Source of the DNA: Fistulifera solaris
Lineage: Eukaryota
DNA: 64,000 bases
Assembly (NCBI GenBank): GCA_030295235.1
Contig: AP026133.1
Location: 310,001 to 374,000, forward strand
Reading direction: 5' to 3'
The notes under the pieces were generated by a model. It saw only the letters and a list, made by a program, of their open reading frames with translations, ran no database searches and was not told the origin of the DNA. The position numbers were made by a program, and so were the translations under genes. Below are positions 35,769 through 47,894 of the stretch, piece by piece (the stretch's first letter is position 1; every line of letters starts with the position of its first letter).

Positions 35769-37318
35769 ATGACTGATTATTGGACGGAACCGATTTCGCT
35801 AAAGGAGTTGAACGAGGAAAGAATTTGCTTTTGACGCAGCTTCGTGCGACAAAAGGATTCGCCACCGTACAGTTCTATCAACAAACTTGTTCTCCTAGCA
35901 ACGTTCAACAGCTTTTGAAAGATATGAAAGCTCATTTTCTAATTTGTATGGACGACGAAAGTTTCATCATGCCCAAGAAGCTACCACAATCCGTCCCAAA
36001 CGATTCCCTGTATCGACGCGCGGCCGCGAGCATCACGTTGGAAACCAAGTCGGTGTACGTTTACGGGACACAAAACAAGAGCGTAGCGCAGGTACTAGCG
36101 GAACTTTTATGCTGCAACGACGAAGAAACGGAATAAGTCAAATTGGGGATTAGCTACAATCGTTCCGTCGACCCTAAGGTTCCTACCACCTTTTGACGAC
36201 GCCCTTTCTCACCCAGTACATCGAAGCAAATCCTCAACGACGACTCTTTCTCGGCCGCGGGGGTCATCTTTCCAATGCTGAGTCAATTGTGCTAGCTTCG
36301 CATCCGGTCCCCTTGGATGTATCCTTGGAGTGCACCTTTGAAGACAAAGGACAAGTGTTCATTGAAACACTCGCGCGACGAACAAGTTACTTTGGCACAT
36401 TGACACTACACAGTTTCTGCTTTGACAAGTACTTCTCGTTCAGCAGTTTCTTCTTCTTTGTTCCGGCCGTCCTGAAGACGGTGTCTCAAGTGACGCTCTG
36501 CATGGCGGATCGGTTTTTGCGCAGATTTCAGTTTACGCAACCACTGTCTTCACTGGCGCGCAAAGTGGAGTACGAAGTAGCTGGTCATTTTGATTTGGAT
36601 GCGACAGAAGGCGTTCAGGTCAACGCCCCTGCGGTCACTTTGGTGTTTGAAGATATACCATCCCGCTTTCATACCCAGTTTCTGCGCAGCAGCGAAAATC
36701 TACGGGAAATGGGAGTGATCTACCATGCCGCGAAAGCACCTTCTCCGGCACAACGAATCCAGCTTCTACAAGCCATCGCGACGAACCTCGACTTGCAGCG
36801 ACTCGAGCTGGGATGCTTCAGTATTCTCGACACAGTTTGGGAAGCGCTATTGGAGATTATTGCTTCGCATCCGAGCCTTCAAAGTGTGGTGTTTTGGATT
36901 CGTCATCAACCGGATTACTGGGGTAAAAATGAACCGGATCTTTATGCGTTGGGAGAATTTGGTTCCGTTTATGAAAGAAAACACGCACTTAGATATTTCT
37001 TTCAAATGTCGCGGCGGCAAGTGGAAGCGCGTCATGGGGAAAGTAAATGCCATGGTCGAGCCAGTCCGCCACAAGATCCGTGCGGAAAGTCTCATTCACA
37101 TATCCTCCGATGCCCGACCGGCCGTCTTCGGAGCAGCTTTATTCCATTGGGCCAGCGGTGAATTCAACAAGATCAGTCCTCTGTTGAGCGAGCATATAGA
37201 TATTCTTTGCTGTTTGGTGAATGATTCTTTGCCTTTCATGGCGCTTCCAATGAAAGAACCTGCCCACAACGATGACGCTTCTGAAGAGCGTGTTCCGAAA
37301 CGCCGAAAGAGCTCTTGA
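35769..37318 (+). pseudogene. Disrupted hypothetical gene with a degenerate LRR-like solenoid pattern
   Basis: Fragments 35769-35834, 35780-36136, 36193-37161 and 36725-37318. Several frameshifts plus a TAA at 36134-36136. Pattern LLQAIATNLDLQRLELG...LLEIIASHPSLQSV. Confidence 0.5.
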
Positions 37319-38246
37319 ACCTCGAACCCATGATTTCTGTCAGACTTTCTTTCCAGTTGATAAATTAGATAATTAGTTCCATAATCAACCACTATCTATG
37401 CTGTAGAATCCATCAAGCAGCCGCAGAAGCGATGCGATTAAATTTCGACGAGACTCCTATGGAAAATTACTCGATGTGATTCAAATCAGCCGGTCCATAT
37501 CATACCCTTTAAGATGATCACATCCTTTGCCGGTATCTAAAGCTGAATCATCAGAAACTGAATTGCCTCGGTCCTTTTTGATGTAAAAGCCAGTGAAGTT
37601 AATTTTTACAGTCAGTTCGGATTGTCGACTTCGCAAAAGACCATCTATCTATACCTAATGCATGGTCAAAAGGTCCCAAGTCAAACCGATCTGCATCGAT
37701 TGGCAACTTTAGTCTTGTTCATGCAGGAGCACATTCGTTTGAATCTTCTGTTCAAAACAGACCGGGAAAATAGGCCTGTATAAGAAAGCAAAGGTTGTCG
37801 TCAAACCGGTCCTTCGGTGCCGTTTTGACAAAGTGGGCTCGTAGCAGCGCCACCAAGACCGGACTTCTGATAAGCGAGATTGCGGATATTTTCTCCTCTT
37901 TGATTAATCAGACCTCGGCTTTCCTGTCTCGAACAAGGCACCTCCCGAACGATGTTTTCCACGCCAACGTCATTCTGCCATGCCCCGAAACGACGATAAA
38001 CCTCTCTTAGCTCGACCCGTAATTTACATTCGTTGTTGTTCCCAGAACGTTGACCTTCAAGTATTTAGTGTAATGATGAACCTCATCAGTCAGATGTGAG
38101 TAGAATGCAAACGGAAGACGGAAGAACTGATCGTGCCGAAGAAGCTGCTACTGTAGAAGCCTTGCGTTCGCAGATTGTTCCCTCCAAAAGCGTAGGCTTT
38201 TTTGTAACACTACATGCCGTTGATTTGAGCATGCCGTCATGTCATG

Positions 38247-39110
38247 TTACTCCTCACACTTCGGTCGAATGCAAATCCAAGGAAAACCTCGTACAATTTC
38301 GTAAATCATATCAATCGAACGCTCTTGACACGCCATTTGCAACGCAAAATGGTCACTGCATCGAAAGGGATTCGCATCGTGTTGTAATAAGAGACGAACA
38401 TACTCCCTGTAACCATTCCGCACACTCGATTCGAGGGCTGTCACATTGTCTTGGGTAGAATCGATTTTCAAAGAAGGATGTCGCAGCAAGAGTTGCAGAA
38501 TTTGCATACGTTTCGGTTCCGGTCGCCAACCATTGGGATTTTCTTGACAGTTTAAGTGCAACGCCGTATGACCTGCGGCATTGGCGGCATTGACGTCAAT
38601 GTTGGGGCATTGCAGAAGTGTTTCGACAGCCGCGACGCTTTTGTGGACGACCGCAAACAACAATGGCGTGAGACCCAATAACTGTTCGTGGTGATTAATA
38701 TCAGCACCCTATTGAATCAATAAACGAATCAACGAAGGATGGTTCCATGAAACCGCTTCAAAGAGCGGCGTTCGTCCATCGAGATCGGATGCATTCACAT
38801 CGGCATGATGTTGCAACAACAAATGGACCATGGCTAAGTTGCGATCCGTTACAGCATTCATCAAGGAACAACTCGTTCTTTCATTGACATTAACTCCCAT
38901 TTCAATAATAAAAAGACGCGCCATTTCCAAACGACCCGTCAATGTCACAAAATCAAAGGGCGATTGATGTTGCGCAAAGACAGGTTGCTGCAGTAACGCA
39001 GGATAGTCTTGTAAGCAGCGACGGACCGTCAGGACATTGCTGTCGTACAAGGCACACGTGAATTGTTCTCGAATGGATGAGGGAATGATGTCAGTTGATG
39101 GTTGTGGCAT
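38247..39110 (-). pseudogene. Ankyrin-repeat protein with an in-frame TAG at 38709-38711
   Basis: ADVNASDLDGRTPLFEAV, GLTPLLFAV, GHTALHL. The two ORFs are in the same frame: LLIQ*GADINHHEQLLGLTPL. Confidence 0.75.
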
Positions 39111-39764
39111 TCTTCTTGTTGTTGATATCTCTCATGTCTCATGTTGCCTTCAATAATTTAGTTTTGTCGTAAAAAACGGGCTCTGCATTCGCACGACTGC
39201 GTTTCAGTCATGGGTTAAATTATTTTCCACCCAAACTCCTACCCAGGTCTAATTTCCATTTGTGTTGAAAATTTTTATAGCTCATTGTGACTTGAACACA
39301 ACTTAGTTTTTTAAAATTCAACTTTGCAGAGCTCTTCTCATTTGTTGTCGTCTAAAAAGCTCCGCAGATCGCCTTGTTCTGATTTTACTATAGTAGCCAC
39401 GACTGCATTCCAGTCATGAGTCAAAACACTAGCTTTGCCTCCGACGCGACTCACTTTCATTTCAGCCCGTAATATGAAAATCATTGAAAGAGAAAACGTT
39501 AAAAGCGAAAGGTTCAAAAGCAAGTATAAACATGCGCATAATAACGCTTGCTGCCAAAGGAGTTACGTTAGACTTTACTCCGTACCATCTAAAAACCGAG
39601 TATCTGATAAAGTGTACGGGTGAGACCGGAGATTGTCGCAGAAGTACTCAAGAGCCACCCACCAATTTTTCCGACAACAATAAACATTCATTTCATCGCA
39701 TCTATCCCCTGCTATTCTCTCTAAAAGCTGAAGAAGCACCATCGTTCACCTTCTTTTTATACAA

Positions 39765-40809
39765 ATGAGCCGCCGTATTGGATGCATTCAAATTGTCATG
39801 GGACCCGCCGGTTCCGGAAAAACAACGTACTGTCAAGCCATGCAACAACATTTCCCGACCGCCCGCATCGCCAATTTGGATCCAGCGGCCGAAGACGATT
39901 CTTTACCCTACGAACCTTCCGTGGATGTTCGCGAACTGATTTCTGTCCCCGAAGTCATGGAAGAATTGCAATTAGGACCGAACGGGGCGTTGTTGTATTG
40001 TATGGAGTATTTGTTGGAGCATTTGGAAGATTGGTTGCGGGATGAATTGGATGCCTTGGAAGATGAAGAAGGTTACTTGATACTGGATTGTCCCGGACAG
40101 ATTGAATTGTATACGCATGTTCCGATTATGCGGCAAATACTCGACAGGATGCAGCAATGGGGGTGAGTCTCTCTTAACTGTGCGTATAGGTGTCCTCACT
40201 ACGGTCGTCGGATGATCCGTATCTGACTCGTGTTGCTTTCCTACATCAAGTTACGGCCCCAGTATGGTGGCGGTCTTTTGTATCGATTCCGCGTTCTGTA
40301 TTGATGCGAGTAAATTCTTGTCCGGTACCTTGTTGTCCTTGTCAGCCATGGTGGCGCTGGAATTGCCGCACGTGACTATTTTAACGAAATGCGATTTAAT
40401 GGACGAACGGGAAGTGGAACGCATCTTGGAATATGGAAGTGCTCAGGCAATTTGGGATCGGGAACAGGATCGTCAAACCTTATTGCGGAGAACGGATTGG
40501 AATTATAATTTGGATGATGTCGTCGTCGTCGTCGACCCTGAACCGAATGCAACGACAGTTAGTCCGGAGGAAAAAGAACGTATTCAATTGTTAGAAGACC
40601 GACGATTGAAACGGGAACGTTTGACGCAATCCATTTCACAAGTACTGGATGATTGGCAAATGGTGAGTTTCGTTCCTCTCAATATCCGTGACGAGGAATC
40701 GTTAGATCATGTCTTTTCCTTGGTGAATCATGCGGTACAATATGGTGAAGACTTGGAAGTCAAGGAGCCGCCTCATGATTTTGACGACGATGATGATGGT
40801 CCCATGTAG
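39765..40809 (+). CDS. GPN3: GPN-loop GTPase 3; intron 40163-40250
   Basis: GPAGSGKT, NLDPA, LGPNG, DCPGQIELYTH, ELPHV, TKCD, QYGEDLEVKEP. Confidence 0.9.
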
Positions 40810-41020
40810 CATCCTGGAGATGTATTATGCCCCTTTTTCTGCTGTTTGCTGCGTCGTAGCTAGATTACGCATTGAGACTACGGACAGTGGTCGTTCTCGA
40901 GAGCAAATTAACAGTAGCACTGCATCCGGTTTCAAAATAATGGCAGATTGCCCTGAACATAGTATTTAATATAATGAAAGAATTCTACCAAAAATTAGCT
41001 TTTCCGGGTAACGATTCTAT

Positions 41021-42298
41021 TTAGCATCGAGCCGGGGCAATCCCCACAGTTCCTCGTTTCCAATCAAACAAGATATCATGTCCCATCATGGCATTGATGC
41101 CCAATACGGCACCCTCGGGTTCATCCACATAAATACGATTCGACCAAATATTATTATGGGTTTCCCCTTCTTTGCGTTCCATGTAATGTTCGGGTGGAAT
41201 AGTGATATTGACATGCCCTGGTTCTAACACCAACGTTAGGACGGGCAATCGCTTCCATTCTCGTTCGGTATATGACGCAGTGCGTTCTTCTTCCGTAAAC
41301 GATCGTCCCGTTTGTTCTTCCCAGGCTTCTTGAAAAGCATCCGCCAATGCTTGTGGTAAGAATGTATCGGTCGTTCCCGAATCCAAAATGGTCCCTCGTC
41401 CGGTCGCAAAAGCTTGTATCAATTCATCGGTTGTTTCGTCACAGGTCAAACAAATGGTGCCAACCCAAATGGCTTGGACAATGACACTGTACATGCCTTT
41501 GGTCGTTTGGCGATTTAGGGTTGCGTGTGCCATTGATGTTTTGTGGGTTTCGAGTAAAGCACCACTCAAGGCCATCCATCCGCCCGTCTTGGTCAAACAG
41601 AGAGAAAAGGCATCGTGGGAGGTGTCCGCCTCACTATCTTCCAACGGCAGTATACCGTGATCACGTAAAGTGGAGAGAAAGGAAAATTCGGAATATTCGA
41701 GACCCAAAATCCCATCGGCAAGTTGTTTGGTAAACAATCCGGTCAATTTGGTTTGACAACCAAAGGTAAAGGCGACCGTCGCATAGGGTAAGGATGCTTC
41801 GTAATCGTCATCATCATCATCATCGTCGTCTTTTACGATCCCCGCCAAGGTCACCATATCCGTGACTTCATACGCCGTCCATCGGGATCCTTCCGTATAA
41901 TGTTGTTGCAGAATGCATTGAGACTGTTCTCGGATACTGACAGGAAACTGACACGTTGTTGTTGTTGTATTGCTGTTGGAGAATCCATGTACTTGCAAAG
42001 TGACGGACGACGTCGATGACTGCAGAGGATCGTAATAGCGAGCACTTTGGTGTTGCCCACAATGAAGACAGGGTTCACAAACCCAAGCCGACAATCGCGA
42101 TCCCGTATCGAGAATGAGCGTTTGTAAGACCGGTGGTTGTCCGACCCACAGTTGGATGTGATGCGTCCCCGTGTGCGCCGACAGCGCCCAACGCACGGTC
42201 GCGTTACGGATATTCTCTCTGGCAACGGCGTGTATTTCCAGTAGTGGCAGAACCAGAAGCAGCCGCAGCAGCAGAGAGGTATCATAGTGGTAGAGCAT
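41021..42298 (-). CDS. Secreted A1 aspartic protease, plasmepsin V/ASP5/nepenthesin-insert type
   Basis: Signal peptide, catalytic DTGS and DSGT, Cys insert CEPCLHCGQH, flap YTEGS, FGCQ...GLF..Q.ADGILGL, C-terminal VGIAPARC. Confidence 0.88.
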   Translation of the reverse strand: MLYHYDTSLLLRLLLVLPLLEIHAVARENIRNATVRWALSAHTGTHHIQLWVGQPPVLQTLILDTGSRLSAWVCEPCLHCGQHQSARYYDPLQSSTSSVTLQVHGFSNSNTTTTTCQFPVSIREQSQCILQQHYTEGSRWTAYEVTDMVTLAGIVKDDDDDDDDDYEASLPYATVAFTFGCQTKLTGLFTKQLADGILGLEYSEFSFLSTLRDHGILPLEDSEADTSHDAFSLCLTKTGGWMALSGALLETHKTSMAHATLNRQTTKGMYSVIVQAIWVGTICLTCDETTDELIQAFATGRGTILDSGTTDTFLPQALADAFQEAWEEQTGRSFTEEERTASYTEREWKRLPVLTLVLEPGHVNITIPPEHYMERKEGETHNNIWSNRIYVDEPEGAVLGINAMMGHDILFDWKRGTVGIAPARC

Positions 42299-43247
42299 GC
42301 TTGTCCATTGTAGTGCTTGATGATTTGGAAGAGTCTATTACTCCGTATTACTTTGTCGTGTTGCGCAAAATCGAGAGCTCGAGGCTTGGGAAAAAAAAGT
42401 CGCGGACATTATTATTATTTATCCTCATCTCACGTTCTACGAACGAAACGCCGGAGTTTTGTAAATAAGTAGAAAGATACCGGTACGATTGCAATTACAG
42501 TGGTTATGGAGAAAAGAATTCCCAGGTCCCAGGTACTGTACGAATTATTACCTTTCACGTTTGATGCTTGATTAAATTATCACAGTATTGACGTCGGTAA
42601 TAAAAGAACAAGAATGTAGCAAAGATCGACCAAAGCTTGAATTAACCGCTCTATTCATTGAATCTTGGGAAAGGTGCCAGCTGGATGGCAATCTTTATTC
42701 GTGACTGAAATGCAGTCGTGGATCTTCCGTGCATCCGCAGACGATGATTTGCAGAGAGATTCTTCTAGACGTAAAAAAAAGTCGAGGTTCGCGTCGCAAA
42801 CGCCATTGAAAATATCGATCTTATTGATTGAACGACAAAAATAATGGAGTTGACAGCGCTTTACCAGAAGGAACGGAAAGTGCCGCTCCACATTTTTGAT
42901 TCATGGCTGAAACCCAGTCGTGGAGGAAGGTCGCATACAGTTTGAGATTATAGTAATATTCGAACAGAACGATTCCCAAGGATTTTCGCACCTAAAAAAT
43001 CGACGTTTCCATTTCCAAGCTGCTAAAATCATTTTATGTTATAATTCAATCAATAAAACTTACCAAGCTGGTAAGTTGAGCTTGAATGTAAGGACCTCAT
43101 TGACCCGGGATCGAGGTCGACAACCACCAAAACTTCTCCTTGTCAAAGAACGAAAGGGTACTCCGTTTTTCGGACTCGTTGTTCATCCTCCTTGCATGAG
43201 CAATAAGCTCACAAATAGCAATTTGAAAAAGAAAGAAACACCAAGGA

Positions 43248-44436
43248 TCAAATCCACTTGGCCTTCTTCCGATGCACAGAAATGGGCATGCGTTCTCGCA
43301 CTGACTGGATTTGTGAGAGATCAATGTCGCACGTCACAATGCTCGGTGGTTCGGTCAATGGTCGGTCCACGCCTCCCGCATCCACCAAGACTTCTCCCCA
43401 TGGATTTATTACGAGTGAATGTCCATAACTACATCGTTTCGTATTGTGCTGTCCATATTGAGCCGCCGCAATGACGTAGCATTGCTGTTCAATGGCGCGG
43501 GCTGTAAAAGAAAGTGAGAATGCGTTGGGCGACGACTCTTCATCGAAAACCAACTTTTTCCGTTTTCGTACCTCGCAATAAAATATGCCAGTGCGCACTT
43601 CCCGTGGGAACCGTAAAGGCCGATGGCACCAGTAAGACTTCGGCGCCACGTTCGATCAATTCCACATACAATTCCGGGAATCGTACATCGTAACACGTGG
43701 ATAATCCCAAGCGGCCTGTATGTGGGGGGGGGGGGGGGGGGGGGGGGGTTAAAAAAAAGATGGCTCGAACGGCTATTGATTGTCATGACTCAAATGAGAC
43801 GCACGCACCAATGGGAGAATCGCACACGACGAGTTCGTGACCCGGAAGGGTCGTTTTACTTTCGCGCAAATCGACCTTACCGGGTATGTGGACATCAAAG
43901 AGATGGATTTTGCGATAGTGACATTGTAATTCTCCTTGATGATTCAAAATGAGGTGTGTATTGTAGACTTTCGTATCGTTCGACGAGCGGACGTGCATGC
44001 CCCCGGCCGAAATCCACAATTGACTGTGACGAGCAATTTGTTGAAGGCCATCGAGCAAAGAAATTGGGTGATTGTCGATAGTTTGGAGTGTTTCATTGTC
44101 AATATCGTTGCCGTCGACCATTGACACGAGTGCTTGCGATAGGGCTTGGGCATTCGTCGCAATCAAGTCGATTGGCGGCTCGGCATTCGCCAATGTCTCC
44201 TCGGCGGATATTCCCATATATCCGAAACATTCGGGTAAAAACAGCATGACACAATTGTGTTGTCGTGCCTGATGGGCACATTTGGCAATATTCAGCAAAT
44301 TGTCGAGTTTCGAGGACGTCGAACACAATTGCGCCACGGCAATGGTCGACATGGTCGACAAGGATCGTGCTCTTCCGATGCCCGTCGAGACCGAAATAGC
44401 AACTTGGAAAGTTCGAAACTTGGAAAAGTTCAGCAT
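43248..44436 (-). CDS. NIT1: Nitrilase-family NIT1-like amidase (deaminated glutathione amidase); introns 43716-43808 and 43502-43571
   Basis: E-K-C triad: FLPEC, YRKIHLFD, CYDVRFPE. Also PSAFTVPTG.AHW, ARAIE.QCYVIAAAQ.G.H, SYGHS. Confidence 0.9.
43724..43748. repeat. G25/C25 homopolymer inside the NIT1 intron
   Basis: 25 consecutive G on the + strand. Confidence 0.9.
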
Positions 44437-44699
44437 AAATAATACAAGAGACGGCGCTATTGATGGTTTGTGATCGATGCGCGGTGCAGCTTTTCGACAA
44501 TACGATGATAGACATGTATGCCACCTTCAACGGCTATTTACACGATTTGCGAATATTGATAAAAATCCGTTGAAAAAAAATTGAAGTAACTCAGAAAAGA
44601 TGGGAACTCACACTTTGTGCCTTTCAGATTCGGTGTCATTTTTCTCGACAAAGACACAACAATCAAACAGAAAAGATACTTTCTCTGTCTCATTCTACG

Positions 44700-45500
44700 A
44701 TGATCTCCCTCACCGCTTCTCCCGAAGACTTGACACAAGATTGCCTCGAGCAATGGTGGGCATTGCCGATGGATTGAAAGCGGTTTGCATGGGCGTGTCC
44801 GAGCCCACAAAGGGCGAAGAACGTGTGACAATACCTACACATTGCCATCCAAGTTTTGCTGTTCGATATCTATTTTGCCGCCGTGACACCAAAGATTTCG
44901 TCCGATCGATCGATTCATCCATCCATTCATCCAAATGGCTCGTAAGATTTGTTGACACTGTCGAGAAGCCTATACGGATTATATTGTGCTGGGGCGCGTG
45001 GTGCCTCCGATTTTGCCGACTCTATTGATGAAATACTGCAAGTTACACGCGCGATGGCTTTTATTCGGGTGGTGCCTTTGATAGCTTGATAGCTACCGAG
45101 TGCGGGATGATGCTCGCAGCACTAATGAGTATCTTTCTCTGTGAAGGGCTCGGCAAATTGCCGAAGAAAGCAAATATTTGATTCGTCATGGATCTCACGA
45201 CAACTATGAATCACGCTTTGCCTATGGGGACGATTTGGAAGATTTCCTCGAAAAAAAAGCTTCCACAATGATCTTTGCGGAACCTAATTGACGGCCGTTG
45301 GATTTGATCTCCCAAGCGTTTCATGGCGGATTGCGAAAAATGTCAAAAGGAAAATGCCCAGACGTTTTTACGGAACCAAGCAATGCGAAGACTGTGAGAG
45401 TTGGATGCGATCGACCGAGGATTGTAAACCTGCTGCTTCGGGTCACGAGCGGGCCCCCTACCTGGTACAGATAAAGAAGCTTCTTAAGACGTTGAGATAG
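44700..45500 (+). pseudogene. Possible degenerate gene remnant
   Basis: Protein-like frame MISLTASPEDLTQDCLEQWWALPMD*KRFAW...*QYLHIAIQV interrupted by stops. No recognisable family. Confidence 0.2.
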
Positions 45501-45567
45501 AACACAGTACGAAATCCACTGGTATATTCGACAATAAGAGCGATCCTTTACCATAAGAACGTCTTAA

Positions 45568-45588
45568 AAATAAATAAATAAATAAATA
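45568..45588. repeat. (AAAT)5 microsatellite
   Basis: aaataaataaataaataaata. Confidence 0.8.
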
Positions 45589-45825
45589 GAGTCGAGCTTT
45601 CCTCGTCAAGAGCTTCACGTCTTCTATCTGCAACCGGGATTGTGGAGCATGGCAACCTTTACGTGCGTACGAACGGATGTACCTCTCGTCACACTGAAAT
45701 AATAATAAGAGCGCATTTCGCTGTCACAGTGTTACGATTGTCGCTCGCTCGCTTCCTCCCCTCAGGAAAGAGAATCATCTATCACACACTGTATAAATTT
45801 TCACGAAGCTACCATAAATTTCGAC

Positions 45826-46497
45826 CTACACTGCCATATCTGGAGGATCGCGGTGACTACCATTCCGTTCACTCTCATCATCGGATGCATTCTCCCCTTC
45901 CTCCATCCTTCCTGTTTCCGACTGTTCCAATTCCGCCGCTGTCTCTATAAATTCCACACAGTCTCCTCTCATTTGCAAAATACGCTGTTCTTTTTCTTGT
46001 AATTGTAACACGGTACGTCTCATTCGTTCACAACTCGCTAGAATTACTTTGTGTGTCTCGATGATACTCGCCAGCGCGTCTTCATCCGCTTGCCACTTTT
46101 CCAGACGTTTCTGTAACAAAGCCTCGGCTTGTAGGAATTCGGCGGCCGTCATGAAACTTTGTCCTTCTTCGGGATCTCCGGACCGTTCTTCGTCCTTCGT
46201 AACCTTGTTACTACGGCCGAGACGATCCTGTTCGGCTCGCCAATGATCACGTTGTTCGTTCAAGGCTTTCCGATATTGTTGTATCCGAATCCCCAAGAAT
46301 TGTTCCCGTTCTTGAATTGTTTGTAATTGTTCGGTGGATTGCCGCAATTCCGCTTGGACCTCCCGCAATTCCTCATCGTCCTGCCCGAACTCGGTTGGCA
46401 CCGCCGCCGACCAGGATTGCCGGACGTGGGGATCCAAATGACGAACTCGAGACGACGTTGATGATAATTTACCTGTAATGCGGTCCCAAATGTTCAT
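45826..46497 (-). CDS. Coiled-coil hypothetical protein
   Basis: Intact 223-aa E/Q/R-rich helical ORF. Confidence 0.7.
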   Translation of the reverse strand: MNIWDRITGKLSSTSSRVRHLDPHVRQSWSAAVPTEFGQDDEELREVQAELRQSTEQLQTIQEREQFLGIRIQQYRKALNEQRDHWRAEQDRLGRSNKVTKDEERSGDPEEGQSFMTAAEFLQAEALLQKRLEKWQADEDALASIIETHKVILASCERMRRTVLQLQEKEQRILQMRGDCVEFIETAAELEQSETGRMEEGENASDDESERNGSHRDPPDMAV

Positions 46498-47093
46498 GTT
46501 GATGTTGTTGTTGTATGTGTGTGTGTGTTTTGTACGTTTGGTATACGATTCGTTGTTTCGTCGTCAATCCGTAAAAACGAAGTATTCAATGGGGTCGCGT
46601 TTTATTTTCTACTAGAATGAATGAATAAAGGATCTCTTTATTATCCGTTCGCAAAACGCGCATTTCCTTCCACCCACGCAACACAGACTACATTCGACGA
46701 GGTCGTGTCTATATACAACACGTAAACTAACCGTTGGAACGATAAATACGTTTCATACCTAATAAAGTTTCCTCCGTTGGCAAAGACACCAAAGAGGTAC
46801 CACCGCTTGGATTTTCTTATCTTCGGAACGCGACGAAGGAATTCAAGACGGTTCTAAAATAATAATATGTTCAAGGAGAAATCATTATTTTCTGATAGTC
46901 AGTTCCTATTCCTACGCTGGCTATCGATGCATTATTTCCAAACGTAGATGCGTCATCATCTTTCCTTTCTCACACGACAAAAATCCAGCCATATTCTTCA
47001 AGTATATCTTCGTGGTCCACCACCACCACCACCGAGACACAACCATTACAACAAAGCAACCACAAGAACCACAACAATAATAATAGTAGTAGT

Positions 47094-47894
47094 ATGGGTG
47101 ATTATCGAGCCACTGACGAGGACGAGGACGGATTCATGATGACGCCATGCGACGATAGTTGGGCCCTGACGGATTTCGGGCACGTTGGAACACGTTCTCG
47201 GGATGGAAGTATTCATGCCACGGATGAAGTCTTCAATGCGGCTTCACATTTGGCCGCCACCATGTTCTCCATTTTGGGGACCGTTCTGTTGGTCTCGGAA
47301 TCCTCCACGACACAACGATTGGACGATAACACCGAACTACCACCGAATGTGTGGAAAATTGTCAGTTTTTCCATCTACGGAGCATCTCTCATCTTCTTGT
47401 TTGGATGCAGTACGATCCATCACGCGGTCGTCGGACCGATGGAAGCCTGGTTTCGCAAAATGGATTATCTCGCTATTTATCCACTTATTGGTGGTACGTT
47501 CACGCCACTCTGTCTCGTGTATTATCACGACAATGTCATTGGGTGGGCCTTTTGTGCGACCGTGTGGGGGATTGCCGTAACAGGAATGATCGCGACGGCG
47601 TGTTGGTTTGATAAAATACCCAAATGGCTATCCATGACCATGTACATTACCTTGGGGTGGTTGGGGGCCGGCATGACGCACTGGTTGATTCCGAAAATGG
47701 GTTGGAGTGGATTTGGTCTCTTTTTGTTCGGAGGTTGTCTGTATACGGCCGGTGGCTATGTGTACACGATGGAATCGCCCAACCCGATCCCGGGACGGTT
47801 CGGCTTTCACGAAATATGGCATTTGGCCGTCCTGTTGGCGGCCCTGACGCACTGGATGCTCATGTACAATTATGTGTTGGTAGCGGAGGTATGA
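47094..47894 (+). CDS. Hemolysin III / PAQR-family membrane protein
   Basis: E.FNAASH, STIHH, D..AIY.LI.GT.TP, Y..LGW, GG.LYT.G, FGFHEIWHL.V; about seven TM helices. Confidence 0.92.
   Translation: MGDYRATDEDEDGFMMTPCDDSWALTDFGHVGTRSRDGSIHATDEVFNAASHLAATMFSILGTVLLVSESSTTQRLDDNTELPPNVWKIVSFSIYGASLIFLFGCSTIHHAVVGPMEAWFRKMDYLAIYPLIGGTFTPLCLVYYHDNVIGWAFCATVWGIAVTGMIATACWFDKIPKWLSMTMYITLGWLGAGMTHWLIPKMGWSGFGLFLFGGCLYTAGGYVYTMESPNPIPGRFGFHEIWHLAVLLAALTHWMLMYNYVLVAEV

Noticed and set aside
37400..38240. Possible gene or transposon remnant
   Set aside because: Short protein-like stretches only; no transposase/RT motif or terminal repeats that I can support.
38709..38711. Alternative genetic code or pyrrolysine at TAG
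   Set aside because: TAG terminates other genes normally here (e.g. G3BP, GPN3, DCP2); this is a single instance.
42920..43474. 184-aa + strand ORF and other antisense or overlapping ORFs (e.g. 2824-3378, 34568-35179)
   Set aside because: No recognisable motifs; they are shadows of real genes on the opposite strand.
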